The notes under the pieces are model-generated. The model did no database searches and was not told where the DNA came from. It saw only the letters and a list, made by a program, of their open reading frames with translations. This document shows, piece by piece, positions 16,817 through 33,700 of a DNA stretch of 64,000 nucleotides (positions are counted from its first letter, which is position 1; the number at the start of each line of letters is the position of its first letter). This DNA comes from the human T2T-CHM13v2.0 reference genome, Homo sapiens. Location: NCBI RefSeq assembly GCF_009914755.1, contig NC_060925.1. The stretch is one strand, 5' to 3'. A program made the translations under genes and the position numbers.

Positions 16817-17168
16817 GTAGTTGTCCGTCAGTATCCTCAGGGGATTGGTTCAAGGACTACCCCCACTTCCCTCAGGATACCAAAATCTGCAGATGCTCAA
16901 GTCCCTGATAAATAATGGTGTGGTATTTACGTATAACCTATGTACACACATCCTTCTGTATACTTTAAATCATCTCTAGATTACTTATAATACCTAATAC
17001 AGTGTAAATGCTATGTAAATAGTTGTTATACTGCTTTTAAAATTTGTATTATTTTAAATTGTTGTATTGGTATTTTTATTGTTTTTTTTTTTTTCTTGAA
17101 TATTTTCCATTCCCATTTGGTTGAATCTGCAGATATGGAACCTGCAGGTATGGGGAGGGCTGATGTAC
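16817..17168. mobile_element. MER2 (Tigger-derived MITE)
   Basis: ggggattggttc...gataccaaaatctgcagatgctcaagtccct...tactttaaatcatctctagattacttataatacctaataca. Confidence 0.8.
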
Positions 17169-18814
17169 ATTAATCTCTGGAAATTCTTTACAACCCTGGT
17201 CAGATTCATGGTCATAAACTGAAGCCTTTGGCCTCTAGCCTGTTAGCTTGTTGCTGGGATTGGAGCAGCGAAGGTGGTAAGGTGCAGGGCATGGTTACCA
17301 GGGTTGTGAATCTGGGTGGTATTTGGGTGAATACACATGACTGTATACAGTCCCAGCTATTGTTCTTTCCTTATTTAAGGCCCCTTTCCTTTACCCTCTC
17401 TATACCTTGAGTTTTTACAGTCTCCCAGAAAGCTTGAGATTGACAGTTCATGCAAATATTCCAGAAGAAATAGTCTGAAACAGGGTGGCACTGTATGCTG
17501 AGCAGTCACATTTTCTTTCTCGAGAACATTAGGGGTCTTGTCTTTTTTTTTTTTTTAATGTCTTAGGAGAACAGTGTGTGTGCACCACAGAGCTGGAAGC
17601 GAAATTTTGTAATTTCCATCTGGAGCATTTTGATAGAAAAAGTGCAGGCCTTTGCTTGGAACAGTTTAACCCTTTCAGGACCCTTCAAGAGCAGGAGATG
17701 AAATTTAAAACTGGAGTCGTATTGTGTATGTATATATACTTGGGAATGTTGATGGCTGGTATATAAACAAGCTCTTTCCCTTGGGAGGTCTGAGCAATTT
17801 TTCATTCATGCCAACAAAGGTCTTCTCCAAAGCTTCTTTCCTCACAGCTCCCATTCCCCAAGGGAGCTTTAAATATAATCAGTTAATCAGTTTTAAATAT
17901 AATCAGTTAAATATAGTCAGTTTGAAAAGCTGCAGTAAAACATTTAGTTGGAATCCTCAAGCAGATGCTATCATTTTCCTGCAAGATGATTGAGGGCTCC
18001 TGTCCCTTGCTCAGGGGAAAAAACAGCAACAAAAAAAGCTACTCTGCAGCAGTAAGGTGAACTCCTGGAAGAAAATGAAACTCTTGGAAACTTTCAAGTA
18101 CCATACTCTGCATCTTGCAATTGAAAGACCCTAGAGGAAGGTGGTAGGCAAGGAGCCAGGGGATGCAGTGTACTGTGCAAAGAAGCAGTAGTTGGAAACA
18201 GTGTTCATGAGGGGTCCTTAGCTTTTTCAATTTCAGGTGTTCTTGGGGAATGAGAACAGAAATTTCCTTTGAAGAAGCCTATCTGGTAATTGTGGCCACA
18301 TCCGTTATGTATCATGCAGGTTGAAAACTTAGACAGGCTCTGATGATTTCTCTGCTATGAGGTGTCCAGAGATGGACCTGGCTGCAGTATGTAGGCGCCC
18401 TCACTATTAAAATCAGCAGGTACCCAGACCCTGACTCCCATTATTCACTCCAGATAAACTGGGCTACCCAGTGGCACCTGTAGAGTTGTCCTTCCAGAAG
18501 TGAGAATGCTTCATGGGAATTGTGCTTACCTTATACCCTTGACCTCTGACAGCTACATTAGGAAAATATGTCATATTGCAGGGAAAAAGCAGTTGATATG
18601 TAGATTTCTGGTAGTAATAAAATTAGCAGTTTTAACCTGGTGTCAGCTCCAGAATTGACTTTTTGGGGAATCTGGGAAAGTTGCCTTGGAAGTTGTTAGG
18701 TTTAAACATAAGTAATAACAGCACTTAAAATCATTTTAAAAAATTACAAAATTAACACCCTTACTGATTTTACAATAATGTGTAGGAACTCTCATATCTC
18801 CCTTACTCTCTGTA

Positions 18815-19290
18815 ATTGTGGTAGAATACACAGGAGGTTGACCATCTTAACCATTCTAGAGTACAGTTCAGTAGCATTAAGTACATTCACATTGTTGTGC
18901 AGCCATCACTACCATCCATCTAAATGACTCTTTTCATCTTGCAAAACTGAAACTTTATACCCATTAAACAACAGCTCCCTATTCCCTCCTGCCCCTGTCT
19001 CTGGCAAGCACCATTGTACTTTGTCTCTATTTGATAACTCCAGATACTGCAGGTAAGTGGAATCATATTGTATATATTTTTTGTTACTGGCTTATTTCAC
19101 TTCCTATAATGTCCTCAAAGTTCATCCATGTTGTAGCATATGTCCAAATTTCTTTCTTTTTTAAGGTTGAATAATATTTAATTGTATGTATATACCCCAT
19201 TTTGTTTACCCATTCGTTCATTGATGAACACTTGGGTTGTTTCCACCTTTTGCCTATTTTGAATAATGCTGCTGTGAACATAGGTGTAAC
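18815..19290 (-). mobile_element. L1M (L1MB-like) 3' fragment
   Basis: ORF 19084..19281 is the L1 ORF2 C-terminus (MFTAALF...WKQPKC). Confidence 0.82.
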
Positions 19291-19297
19291 ATAGGGG

Positions 19298-20470
<1,173 letters not shown>

Positions 20471-20713
20471 AGCTAATAATTATGTTATAGAAGAGGCATT
20501 AACTTCAAGATAACTAAGTGAAAGCCTGGTATTAACAAATTTTAAAAAGTAACAAATAAATAATGATCTAAGCTACCCAGATTAGTTTCTGGAAAATTTG
20601 TTTAACCAAGACAATCTCCAAGGGAAGTCAGGCTAATAATTGTGTCTCAGCCATTACTCTGCTTTTAGGAGGGAAGGTACAGGATGGAGTGAGAAAGAAA
20701 AGAAAAAAAATCA

Positions 20714-21106
<393 letters not shown>

Positions 21107-21684
21107 TCATGCCTTTTTAGAAGGGGTCACAAATAAGCCAGATGTCAAGGAGAGGGGCTAGGGGCTCCCACTGGAGATCTACTCAGAATGTTCTTAATAT
21201 GGCTTCTTTCTTCTAATGATTGACTCCCTATTGCCTGCTAAATACAGACCAACTTTCTAAGGTAGACATGAACTTCATTCTCAATCTGACTGCAACCTAT
21301 TGTTTCGACCACATTTCTTATTTTGCTTTAAGAGGACTGGAAGCCTAACTTGACTGCTTACCATTCTTTAAACAGACTACTAGCTAACATTTGCTGTCTG
21401 TTGGATGTTTACCACTTACTAAGCATTATGCTAAATACTTTATATAGATTATTCCATAATCCTTACTCCAACTTTAGGAAAAAGATGTTACTAGTATCCC
21501 ATTTTACTGATGAAAAAAGTGAGGTGTAGGACATTCAGTTATTTCTCCAGGGTCTGCAGCTGGTGAATAATGGAATAGGAACCTTGGTTGTCGCCAGAGT
21601 CTAAGTTCTACGTGTTGCTCATGAAATGCCCCTTTTTCGCTGCGCAGTCCCGTATCTTCACCTATTGAAATCTCATCCTTCTGC

Positions 21685-21955
<271 letters not shown>

Positions 21956-22159
21956 TCTCACCTTTCTGGTAAAGCCCAACGTTTCTGGGATTCCTTCCTT
22001 AATTGCTCTGACCAGAAATAACCCTTCTCTCTATTTCACCCACATAGTGCTTCTCTTAATAGATCTCATATGGCATTGATCTCATACTGCCTTATGTTTG
22101 GAATATTTGTATTTCATTCTTTTTTCTTCTACCAGACTTCTGAATGTAGGAATGTTTTG

Positions 22160-23105
22160 AAGTTGTGTAGTGCAATGCAAAGAATACAGGCTCTGGAACC
22201 AGCCCTCAGTTGGAGTCTTGTCAGCATCACCTCCTTGCTGTGTGACCTTGCTGAAGTCACTCAACTTCTCTTCCAAGCCTCCTTTTCTGTGATGTGGAGA
22301 TAATGAGACCTGCCTTGCTATTAATTGCAGTTGTGTTAAGAGTACTGGCTCAGTGTATGGCAAATATTAAATGCTAAATAAATAGCTTATTATAAGGTCC
22401 CTTCAGATAGGAAACGTGTCTGGAAGACTATTGTAGCTCAAATGGTGGCTCTCAGTAAACACTTATTGTCTGTAGTACTGAATGAATGGATGACCTAACT
22501 ACTACAAATAATCTTTTAGAAATAGTTTAATTGTATCTTGACACTGTATCTTGCACAATGTCACCAGAGTGATTTTTAAAAACTCATTTTTTTTTTGCTA
22601 ACATCGTAGCATAAAAGACTGTTAATATTAATCACTTCCCACTTACCCTGCTTACATTTTATACTGCCTTACAGCTGAACTGCCTCTAGTTTCCTTTCTT
22701 TATCATGTTGTGTCATGGTTTGTGCTGTATCCATGCTGTGCCCTCTCTTTGGAATGGGTCCTCTTCCTTGAACCTGTAAAACTTATTCAACCTTTAAAGC
22801 AGCTCAGATGCCACCCCTCCAGGAAGCCTTCCCTGCTCCCCTGTGCGGGATCCCAAGCAGGATTCCTCAGCATCTCCCCTTGCCTTCTGTACAGAGTTCA
22901 TCAGTACGCTCTCAGCATCTCCTCTGCAGTGTCTTTGTACACTCTTGTATTATTGCACTCATCATATTACATTGCGATCTCTTCATTTACATCTCTTTGT
23001 TTACAACTCACTGAGCACCTTCAGGAAAGAATGGTCTTTTATTCATTTCTGCATGTCCAGCTCCTGACACATAGTAAGCACTACAATGTTTATAAGTTGA
23101 ATTGA
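22160..23105 (+). mobile_element. MIR and L2 fragments
   Basis: tgtgaccttgctgaagtcactcaacttctct (MIR); tgccacccctccaggaagccttccctg (L2). Confidence 0.6.
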
Positions 23106-23916
23106 ACTGTCTTCTGAGTTGAGTTTGGATGTGATAGTGCCATGATGGCACGCTTCTGCATTTCTCCCCGACTCCAGTAAGAAACCCATGCCCTATGTTA
23201 ATATTATTTGAAATTTGATATAGATTAAACTTTGTGAATATATTTGCATTATACAAGGACAAGTACAAACTACATAGCCTTATGGATCCTCCCCCACGGG
23301 GGTGTGTTTCTCCTTAAATTTATTGCTGGCACAGCCCTCTTTAGAATCACTGCCCTCTTTAGAGTCACTGCCCTAGAGCTATACTTGCTTTGACCAAATT
23401 TCTTCAGTCACATCTCTCACCTTGGAAACCAAGAAAAATGTTAACACTGAAATTCCCGAGAGTTTAAAACAAACATAAGGCTTTCTGTAATTGAAGCAAA
23501 AACACATTGTACATTTGTCCAGGATTTATTCACCATTTTAATCAGGCACTAAAAGTCTAAGTTTGAGAAAGTTTGTCTGTCTTGACCTGGAGTTAAAACT
23601 GGGTTGACCTGAAAAAGGAACTGTTTTGTTCCTTTTTCAAAGCACGGTGTGGAGAGAGCTATTGCCTGGTTAGAAGCAGCTGTGAGATCTTTGGTAAATG
23701 GGGAAGGAGAGGTCCTAAGGAACAAGCAGGAAAATGGTCCCTTATGGTTTTTCAAGTCATTTGGTATGAAATAGCCTTGACCTTATTTATACGTTGTGAA
23801 TGAATGGTTCTGAACTTGAAATATGTATTCGTGAGGAAGGAAAAACAGTTGGGACATGTTCCTCCATTTTGGTGTATATTTTAGGATATCATCCTTTAGG
23901 AAGAAGGCATATTCTC

Positions 23917-23957
23917 TTTGTTTTTTTTGTTTGTTTGTTTGTTTGTTTGTTTGTTTT
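23917..23957. repeat. (TTTG)n microsatellite
   Basis: Seen directly. Confidence 0.9.
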
Positions 23958-25155
23958 TCTTAACCATATCTTCTAAATGCATTAATCAGTGGAGAGGTGA
24001 CCCAGAAATCACTGTGAAAGTTGGGACCTTATCTTTGCTGTTTGAGCCCAGATCTTGCATTTAGAATCATGGCATGGTGGGCAGGATCTGAATACTCTCC
24101 CTGGAGAAGATGACCCTGGCAGCCATGGGTGGCTGGGTGGCCAGGGCTCCACAGGAGGACAAAGCACAGAAAACAAAGGGACTTAAGAGCATGAGCTGGC
24201 CATGACAAGCCATGCCATAAGCTTTAAGAAATATGTCTTGTTTCTGAAGAGTTGGCTGTTGCCAACTCTTCTCCAAACATTGAAATCCCTTAGAAATCTG
24301 CTTCCTTTCCCCATTAGATTTTGTGTGTGCGTGTGTTTATTATTTTGGTAGGCGGTGGAGATACTGCACCAGAGCTTGTCAGATGAGTAAGCTGCTCTCT
24401 GGGAAGACATCTTGACTGAGGTACCTATTCTGGAGCAACATTTCTTTTGGGCCAATACAGTACTTTGTTACGCGTTGAGCTACAGGATTCTACACAGGCA
24501 GAATGATCCTAAGGGAAAGTGCTGGATTGGGAGGCAGAAAGCTTGGGTTCTAGTTTAGCTTTGTCATTGGCTCCCATGATTTTGGAGATAACTCACCTAA
24601 GGTCTCAAAATCCCTAGTTTCCCTATAAAATCCCTGTAAGATGGGAACAACAATTCTTGGCCCTTATAATAATGATGATGATGATGGTTAGCGTTTATCA
24701 AGTGCTTCTTATGTCTCAGCTCTGTTTTAGGTGCTTTACGTATATGAACTCATGAATTTCTCAACAGTCCTGTGAGGTAGCTGCTATTATTATCCCCATT
24801 TTACAGATGACGCACAGTGAGGTTAAATAACTTGCTCTGAAGCACATGGCTAGTAAGTGATGAGGACAGATTATGAACCCAAGCTGACTTAACACTGGTG
24901 TGAAGCTGAAATGAAAGAATTCAGTTGAAACTATGAGATGCTGTACACACTCAGTTGATTGTCCTCATTTCCTAGTAACTTGGTACAATAAAGAATTAAT
25001 GCAGTGTTTTAAATGTCTTTCTGTTACATACCTACCGTACCTCCCTATGCCTTGGTATTCTCATCTAAAATACTAGGGGTTAAACATTAGAAACTTTCCT
25101 AGGTCCTTCCAGCTTTCAGGGTTCATTATTTTTGCTTATTAATACGTTGAAGATC

Positions 25156-25740
<585 letters not shown>

Positions 25741-28075
25741 CTACAGGTGAACTTGTGACTGGATCACTTTAATCAGGATGTTTTAATCAGGATAACTATT
25801 AAACTTTGGACTTCCAGTAAGCTCAGAGACTTCTAGAGTTAGAAAATTCCCTGCTGTAACTGGTTTGTATGGTTTTCCCCATCCATGTTGGTAGGTCAGA
25901 AATGGAATTTGTGTAACTGTTAGTATTACAGATATTTATGTTGTTGTGTGCAGTACTTAAATTTAAAAGAAAAAGGAAGTTGATTGATTGTCCTTAATGA
26001 AAATTAAAGAAATAAGGAAGTGGGAGGCTCTTAATCTCTGACATCTGGTCTGGGACAAACCTGGGGGAGGCAGTGTGGTTATGGAACTGGTATAGGGTTG
26101 ATCTAGACATCTGGGTTGTTCGGGAAGTGACTTCAGGCCCTTTTAGGATGTGGAGTGGCCTCTTGCCTCTTACATTGCTCTTTATGTATTAGGCCTTTTG
26201 TCAACTAAGGATTTCTTTGAGGATTGTGATGAAGCATGCTGTAATGTGGAATTGAAATGTTTTCATGTTTATGTTTGTTTTCCTTTCGCCTAATGAATAG
26301 GCTAGTAATAGTCTGTTGTTTTAAATGAGTACTATTAATAATAATGACAGCTCATATTTTTATCATTACAGCATTTAAAAAATATCATTCATAGGGAGGA
26401 AGAAATGTAGGGTAATGGAGGACCAGCTATGTAATGTTGAAGATGTCATTCCACCTTTGGGATTCTCAGCTTCTCAGCTGGAAAGTGGAAAGATGGATTA
26501 CTAGTTCCTAGCTTCATGATTTTTAGGACATATGAACAAAAAATGGCTATTGTTAAGTGAGTTGTCACATAGAGTCTAGATGTTGATTATTGTCCTGGGG
26601 GAAGGATAGAAACCAGAGAATAGATAGCAGAGGTTCTTCCTACTCCCCTCTTCTACTTCTGGTTTAAGGTTTCATCTTTTTTTTTTTCTTTGTTTTCTTC
26701 TTAAAGGTTTCATCTTTAAATGACATTAATTAGGCTTTGTGTTTTTAGCCATTTTTAGAGTCCGTTGTGCTGTATCTCCTGATCTCTCTTTTTCAGTGAT
26801 TTGTGGTTATGTAAGTTATCTCAGTTCTTTGCTGTCAGCAATTTTAAATCAAACATTGAAGCATTTTGGGTAGATGACGTGTTACTTTGATTAATGAGGT
26901 TCTTGATCTGGATATTTTAAGGCCAGTAACAACACAATATGGAAACACCTAATTCTCCTTAAAACTGCAATAGTGTTCTCACTGCCAAAGCTGAAACCTA
27001 TTTGTGCTGGTTACTTCTTTCTAAGAGTGAATGTGTGCGTATGAGCTTTCTTTTGCTGTTTTGGCCAGGGAGTGGGACTGCCAGTCCAGAAAGGCCAGCT
27101 CTTCTGGATTCAGTAGCAAAAGAGTTAATCATTAAGCAGAGACAGAAACCTCCCAAGTTTCTAACCTTCTCTTGCGTTAAATCTCCTTACTCTTATTAGA
27201 AGAAAAGGCATATGCACACTTATGCATGCGCGTGTGCACGCACGCACACAAACACCATACACACAAATACTCTAACAAAACTTAATGTAAAATGATCTCA
27301 TGTTTATGAGAGCTGGAATTACTTGGGAGGGATACTTGTGTTCTGCAGGCTTAGTGGGCACGATGTGAAAGCAAGGCTATTTGGCCTGTGGAGATTGAAG
27401 ATAAGAGCGTGATATGTAATTGAGTAAGAATTTGAAAAATTATCCGATAACGTTAGGAGCAGCAAAGCAACTGCTTGTACTTTTTTATGCTTGAAACTAT
27501 TTGGAGTAGGAGTGAGGAGCTAGCATTGTTTTCAGGGCATGGGAACCCCCTCCCCACCTCACTAGCCAAATATGTTTGCCTGGGCCGAGAGTGTCAGATC
27601 TCTGAGAGATCTTGACAGAGTATTTAAATACATTCTGCCCTCGGACAATTCTTCAGTGTTAATCATTTCAGGAAAAGGGCTGTCAGCTAACCTTTAAAAT
27701 CCTTTCCAGAATAGTATACCACAGCCCACCTTTCCATCTTGTTCCAGTGACCCAATCTATAAATGGTCAGTTCCTTCATTTGCAGAACTTGAAATAGTTT
27801 AAAGAAGAGACTTGATGAATTGAACTCATGTTTTTGCTGCTGTGGCCACACCCTCTATACAGACATTTGCTTCATTTGGGTTCTCAGCAACTTGGGAAGG
27901 AGGAGGCTATTGATGAAACTTTCAAGGCGTTGGCTTATAGCTACTGGAGTGTTCTTCTTTCCTGTCCCCTCCCCTCCTCACTTCCTCCAGTGTTGGGACA
28001 CTTTGTATTGAACAAGAAGATCATGAGCTAATTTCAACCTGGCAGCCATTTATTTAGCACCTACTGTATGTTGTC

Positions 28076-28369
28076 TTTTTTTTTTTTTTGAGGCAGAGTC
28101 TTGCTCTGTCACTCAGGCTGGAGTGCAGTGATGTTATCTTGGCTCACTGCAACCTCCGACTCCCGGATTCAAGTGATTCTCCTGCCTCAGCCTCCTGAGT
28201 AGCTGGGATTACAGGCACGTGCCACCACGCCTGGCTAATTTTTAAATTTTTAGTAGAGACAGGGTTTCACCATGTTGTTCAGGCTGGTCTCGAACTCCTG
28301 ACCTCATGATCCGCCTGCCTCAGCCTCCCAAAGTGCTGGGATTATAGGCGAGAGCCACCGTACCTGGCC
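28076..28369 (-). mobile_element. AluS inserted in an L2 fragment
   Basis: Antisense Alu flanked by L2 tail motifs. Confidence 0.85.
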
Positions 28370-28455
28370 TATATGTTTTATACTATGCTAAGCTGTGGGC
28401 ATAGAGAGATACAGAAAAAAGTTTCTGCCTTCAAGGAGCTGCAGTCTATTAGAAA

Positions 28456-28843
28456 TGTCTTAGTCCGTTTTCTGTTGATTATAACACAATGCCTGAAACT
28501 GGGTAATTTGCAAAGAAACAATTTTTTTTTTCCGGTTCTGGAGGCTGGGAAGTCCAAGATTGAGGGCTGAATCTGGTGAGGGCCTTCTTGCTGATGGGAA
28601 CTCTCCACAGAGTCCCAAGGTGGCGTAGGATATCACATAGAGAGGGAGCTGAGTGTGTAAACTTGCCAGCTCGGGTCCCTCTTCCTCTTCTTAAAAAGCC
28701 ACTAGTTTCACTGCCAAGATAACCCATTAATCTATTAATCCATTCATGATGACATGCCTTCATGATCCAGTCACCTCTTGAAGGCCCCACCATGGGGATT
28801 AAGTTTCAACATGAGTTTTGGAGGGGACATTCAAACAATAGCA
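28456..28843 (-). mobile_element. MaLR solo LTR (MST/MLT1A-like)
   Basis: tgtcttagtccgttt...ttctggaggctgggaagtccaagat...ggggattaagtttcaacatgagttttggagggg...atagca. Confidence 0.8.
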
Positions 28844-29099
28844 AGAGGGGTGATCGGATTACACAAGTACAGTGATAGGGTCATAGTAGAGAGATATCGA
28901 AGGCTCTGTGGATAAGGAATAGTCTAACAGTGAGTAATGCTGATGAGACTGGTTGATAGAGGAAGATGATGATGTTACCTAGTATTTACAGGGCACAAGG
29001 CAGTCGAAGTGCCTTGCCATATTTTATCTCATTTAACCTCAGAATTGTACAACACAGGGCAGGATGATATCCGGCCTTTTTTTTTTTTTTTTTTTTTAA

Positions 29100-29665
29100 T
29101 ATTTTATTTTGAGATAATTATGCATTCACATGCAGTTGTAAGAAATAATGCAGAGAGATTGCACATACCTGTTACTTAGATTCCTCTGATGGTTAACATC
29201 TTGCAAAACTATAACACAGTATCATAATCAGGACCTTGACATTGATACAGTCAAAATTCTAAACAGTTCCATCACTGCAAGGATCACTCATGTTGTCCTT
29301 TTCTAGTCCTGCCCCTCCCAGTTCACTCTTTCATCTCACCCCACTTTAGTCCTTAGTCCTTAACTGCTGGCAACCACTAATCTCTTGTCCATGTTTATAA
29401 TATTGTCATTTCAAGAATATTATAAAAATGGAACCATTAGCATGTAGCTTTTTAGGATTGGCCTTTTTTTTTCACTCAGCACAAGTCTCTGAAGACTCAT
29501 TCAGGTTGTTGTGCATATCAATAGTGTATCCCTTTTTATTGCTGAGCAGTATTCTATGGTATGAATGTATGATGGTTCGGACATATGGGTTGTTTCCTAT
29601 TTTAGGCTGTTATGAATGAAGCTGCTCTGAACATTCATGTATAGATTTTTGTGTATACAGGTATT
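29100..29665 (-). mobile_element. Old L1 (L1MC/MD-like) 3' fragment
   Basis: ttcacatgcagttgtaagaaataat...ctggcaaccactaatct...gctgctctgaacattcatgta. Confidence 0.72.
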
Positions 29666-29683
29666 TTTTAGAAAATAGAGATA

Positions 29684-30710
<1,027 letters not shown>

Positions 30711-33700
30711 TTCCAAATTTAATATAGTCAAATTTACTTTTTGTTAAAGAAATTAATTTTCTTTACTGTTTTGATTTATTTAAAAGACAAACACACACAA
30801 TCATAAGGATATTCTTCTATATTTTCACCTACACATTTTGCCTTTCACATAACGTCTTGAATAAACAAGGAGTAAATTTTCGTGAACAGCGTGAGGTAGG
30901 GATCTAACTTTATTTTATATTCCATGTGGCTATATTTATTAAAGGGTTCATCTTTTTCCCCATTGATTTGTAATGTCTCATTTGTACATACATTAAGTTT
31001 ATTATACATATTTGTGGGCAAGATGAGTTCTCCATCATGCTGTAGCGGTGCTGCCACTGGATGTGCATCAGGGGTTGCTGATGAGGGAGTCAAATATTTT
31101 CCCCTTTGAGGTAGCAGCACTAGGCTGTCCCCACAGCTCCAACCAGAATAGCTCTGCTTTTATGTTCACGATATTGGGTGTCCCGCTAAGATTTTATTTG
31201 AATAACTTTTTAGATGGAACAATTTTAAAAGTTAAAAACTACCATTTTTAAACAAATTACATTTTGGATCGTTTTTTGAGATAGCAAGGGTTTCGTCTCT
31301 CATCTTGGGTTGGATGAAAAGTGTAAGACAACACAGAACTCAGAACCTAGCAGCGAGGGAAGTGCCTGTTTTTCAAAGGGAAAGGAATGTGTTATTTTGC
31401 AGTTGTCAGTAGTTCCAAATATATCAACTATTCCACAAAATAATGAGTATGTAGTTTCCGTGAGAGACTTAGAACTGTCTAGAGCCTAGTCCTTATTGTC
31501 TGTGATCATAGAAACCATGGAGAAAAAAAGCCTACCTATACGAAAGTAGTTAAAAAAAAAATAACCCACAGCAATACAAGAAATGACATCAGCCAGCAGA
31601 TGACTGAAAATGAGTGGTGTTGATAAGAACTTGAGGAATTTTGAGATGGGAGAGGTGTGGGCCAGAATGAATAAGACCTTGATTTATGGACTAGGATTTG
31701 GCTAAGTCGAGAGTAGGAGGAAAGAACAGAGGCAGTGTGTCTTCCCTCAGTGGAGTTCCCACAGCCCCCACCGTGCTTACCGCTCCTGCATCACTTCCTA
31801 CACCCTAATACAATGATGGTTTTATCCACCCTCACCCCCACCCCCACGCTCCTTCCCCCAGACTACACTCACTACCAGAAAGCTTGTGAGTTCTTTGAGG
31901 GTGGGCAGTGGGCAGCCTGTCATTTCAACATTCCCAGCCTCCTGCACCATGTTTGCATGTGGTAGGCACCCAATAAATGTGTGCTGAGTGAGGGAGTAGA
32001 CTCTTGGTCTGGAGCAGAGGAGTTATAGACAGAGGAGTAAGATCGAACTGGATAGTTTTTGATGACCTTGAAGATCAGCCAGAGTCTGGCTTCATACTGG
32101 GGCAACAAAGAACAGTGGGGGCACTCTGAGTTGAAGAGTGATGAAGTGTGATGAAGTCATTTCAGAGGGACTCCCTGGTTGCTCTGAGTTGCCTGGCTGG
32201 GGGCAAGAGGCTTGTTCCTGCCCACACAGCATACCAGGCCTTGTGGTGGGTGCTGCAAACATGCTGTTAAATGTGATCAATTACTGGAGTCACCTGTGAG
32301 GGAATTGCGAGTCCCCATTTACTGAACAAGAAATTTGAGTCAGGCAGATGATCCGAGGTGATGGTGACCCATGATGGAATGGGGACTGCAGCTCAGGTCT
32401 GTCCAACTCTAAAGCCTGCTGGTTCTTTTATCTTGGATCTTATGTTTGACCACACTGTAATCAGGAGATACCACTAAGATGGGAAGATGAGCTGCCGAGA
32501 TGGGTGTGGGGCCTAGGGGTGAAGTAAGAGTCAGGAATGCCTGAGGTTTTTAGTTTGGGAGACAGGGAGAACGATGGTGGCAATGGCAGAAATAGACATA
32601 TGGAAGCCAGGAAGAGGTGCAGCAGTTGGTGAGAGAATGAGAATTATTTTAGATACCCTGAGTTTGAGATGACAGTTCCATTCAAGCAGGAATTTCATTA
32701 GGCAAGTGACAATGCCACCCCCATCCGCCTTTCATTAAATCTGTCATTTTCTTTTCTTCTAAATTGGGAATGTTGCAGAGAAACTGTGAAATAGATGACA
32801 CCCCTTTTACGTGCCAAATACCTGACCTCCTTTTGCAGCTTCTTACCTTTCACTTTCAGAAATATTCTCCCTTGAAGGGGCTTCGTGTTTGTGTGCAGGA
32901 ATTAATAGCATTTTCTTTCCCTGTGCCCTGTAGGGAAAGAGCACAGCTAAACAAGAGAGAGAAAACTGGAGTTCTGAGCTGCCTTGCTCCGAGTTTGGTT
33001 GGAGGCCCCTTATGAGGGTCAGCTGGGAATGAAAGAAAAGTCAAGTCAAGCCCTGCCAGCACCCTCCACCACCTGACCTCCCATGGGTGACTGAAGAGCC
33101 AGCTAATGAACAAGTTCTTTTAAAGGCAGCCTGGGGAGTGTGGGAGAGGCTGAGTTCAGCAAAACATGACTAGGTGGTGCTGGTGCTGTTTCGGGGTGTG
33201 GAGGCAGAAGTGGTTGATCTCCTTAATTTGAATAACTTTGGAATGGGGAGATGGCGCTTTGATAGAGGATTTGATTGGAGATTTTGATTGTAGGATATGT
33301 TGAAAGAGGGGATCAGGCTAAAGCCATTTATAGGAAATTATATTTCAGATATTGGCAGTTGAACTTAATGTATTCTATTCTCACTTCCAAAGGCTTTGAA
33401 TTTTTAGTGTTATTTCTATTTTGAGGAGAGTGGCCTATGAGTACTTCTCATCCAATGTGTTCAATCCAAGGAGACTATAGGAGTTATTACTCTCCTCCTT
33501 TATAAATTCTTTCTGTGTAACAGAGATTACCCACAGTTGGCTTGAGAGTTTTACGCCACAGTTTGGTAGAAAAAAGACCACTCAGCTGGAGGTCAGAGGC
33601 TTGGGTACCAGTGGTAGCTCTGACCCTTGCCATCAACTATGTGGCCCTGGGTAAGTCTCTAACCTCTCCTGGCCTCAAGCCTCTTCAGATATAGGATGAA

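Noticed and set aside
17868-17923. Short tandem duplications (also 23334-23375 and about 25768-25795)
   Set aside because: Two-copy slippage duplications without spacers; no CRISPR-like or functional pattern.
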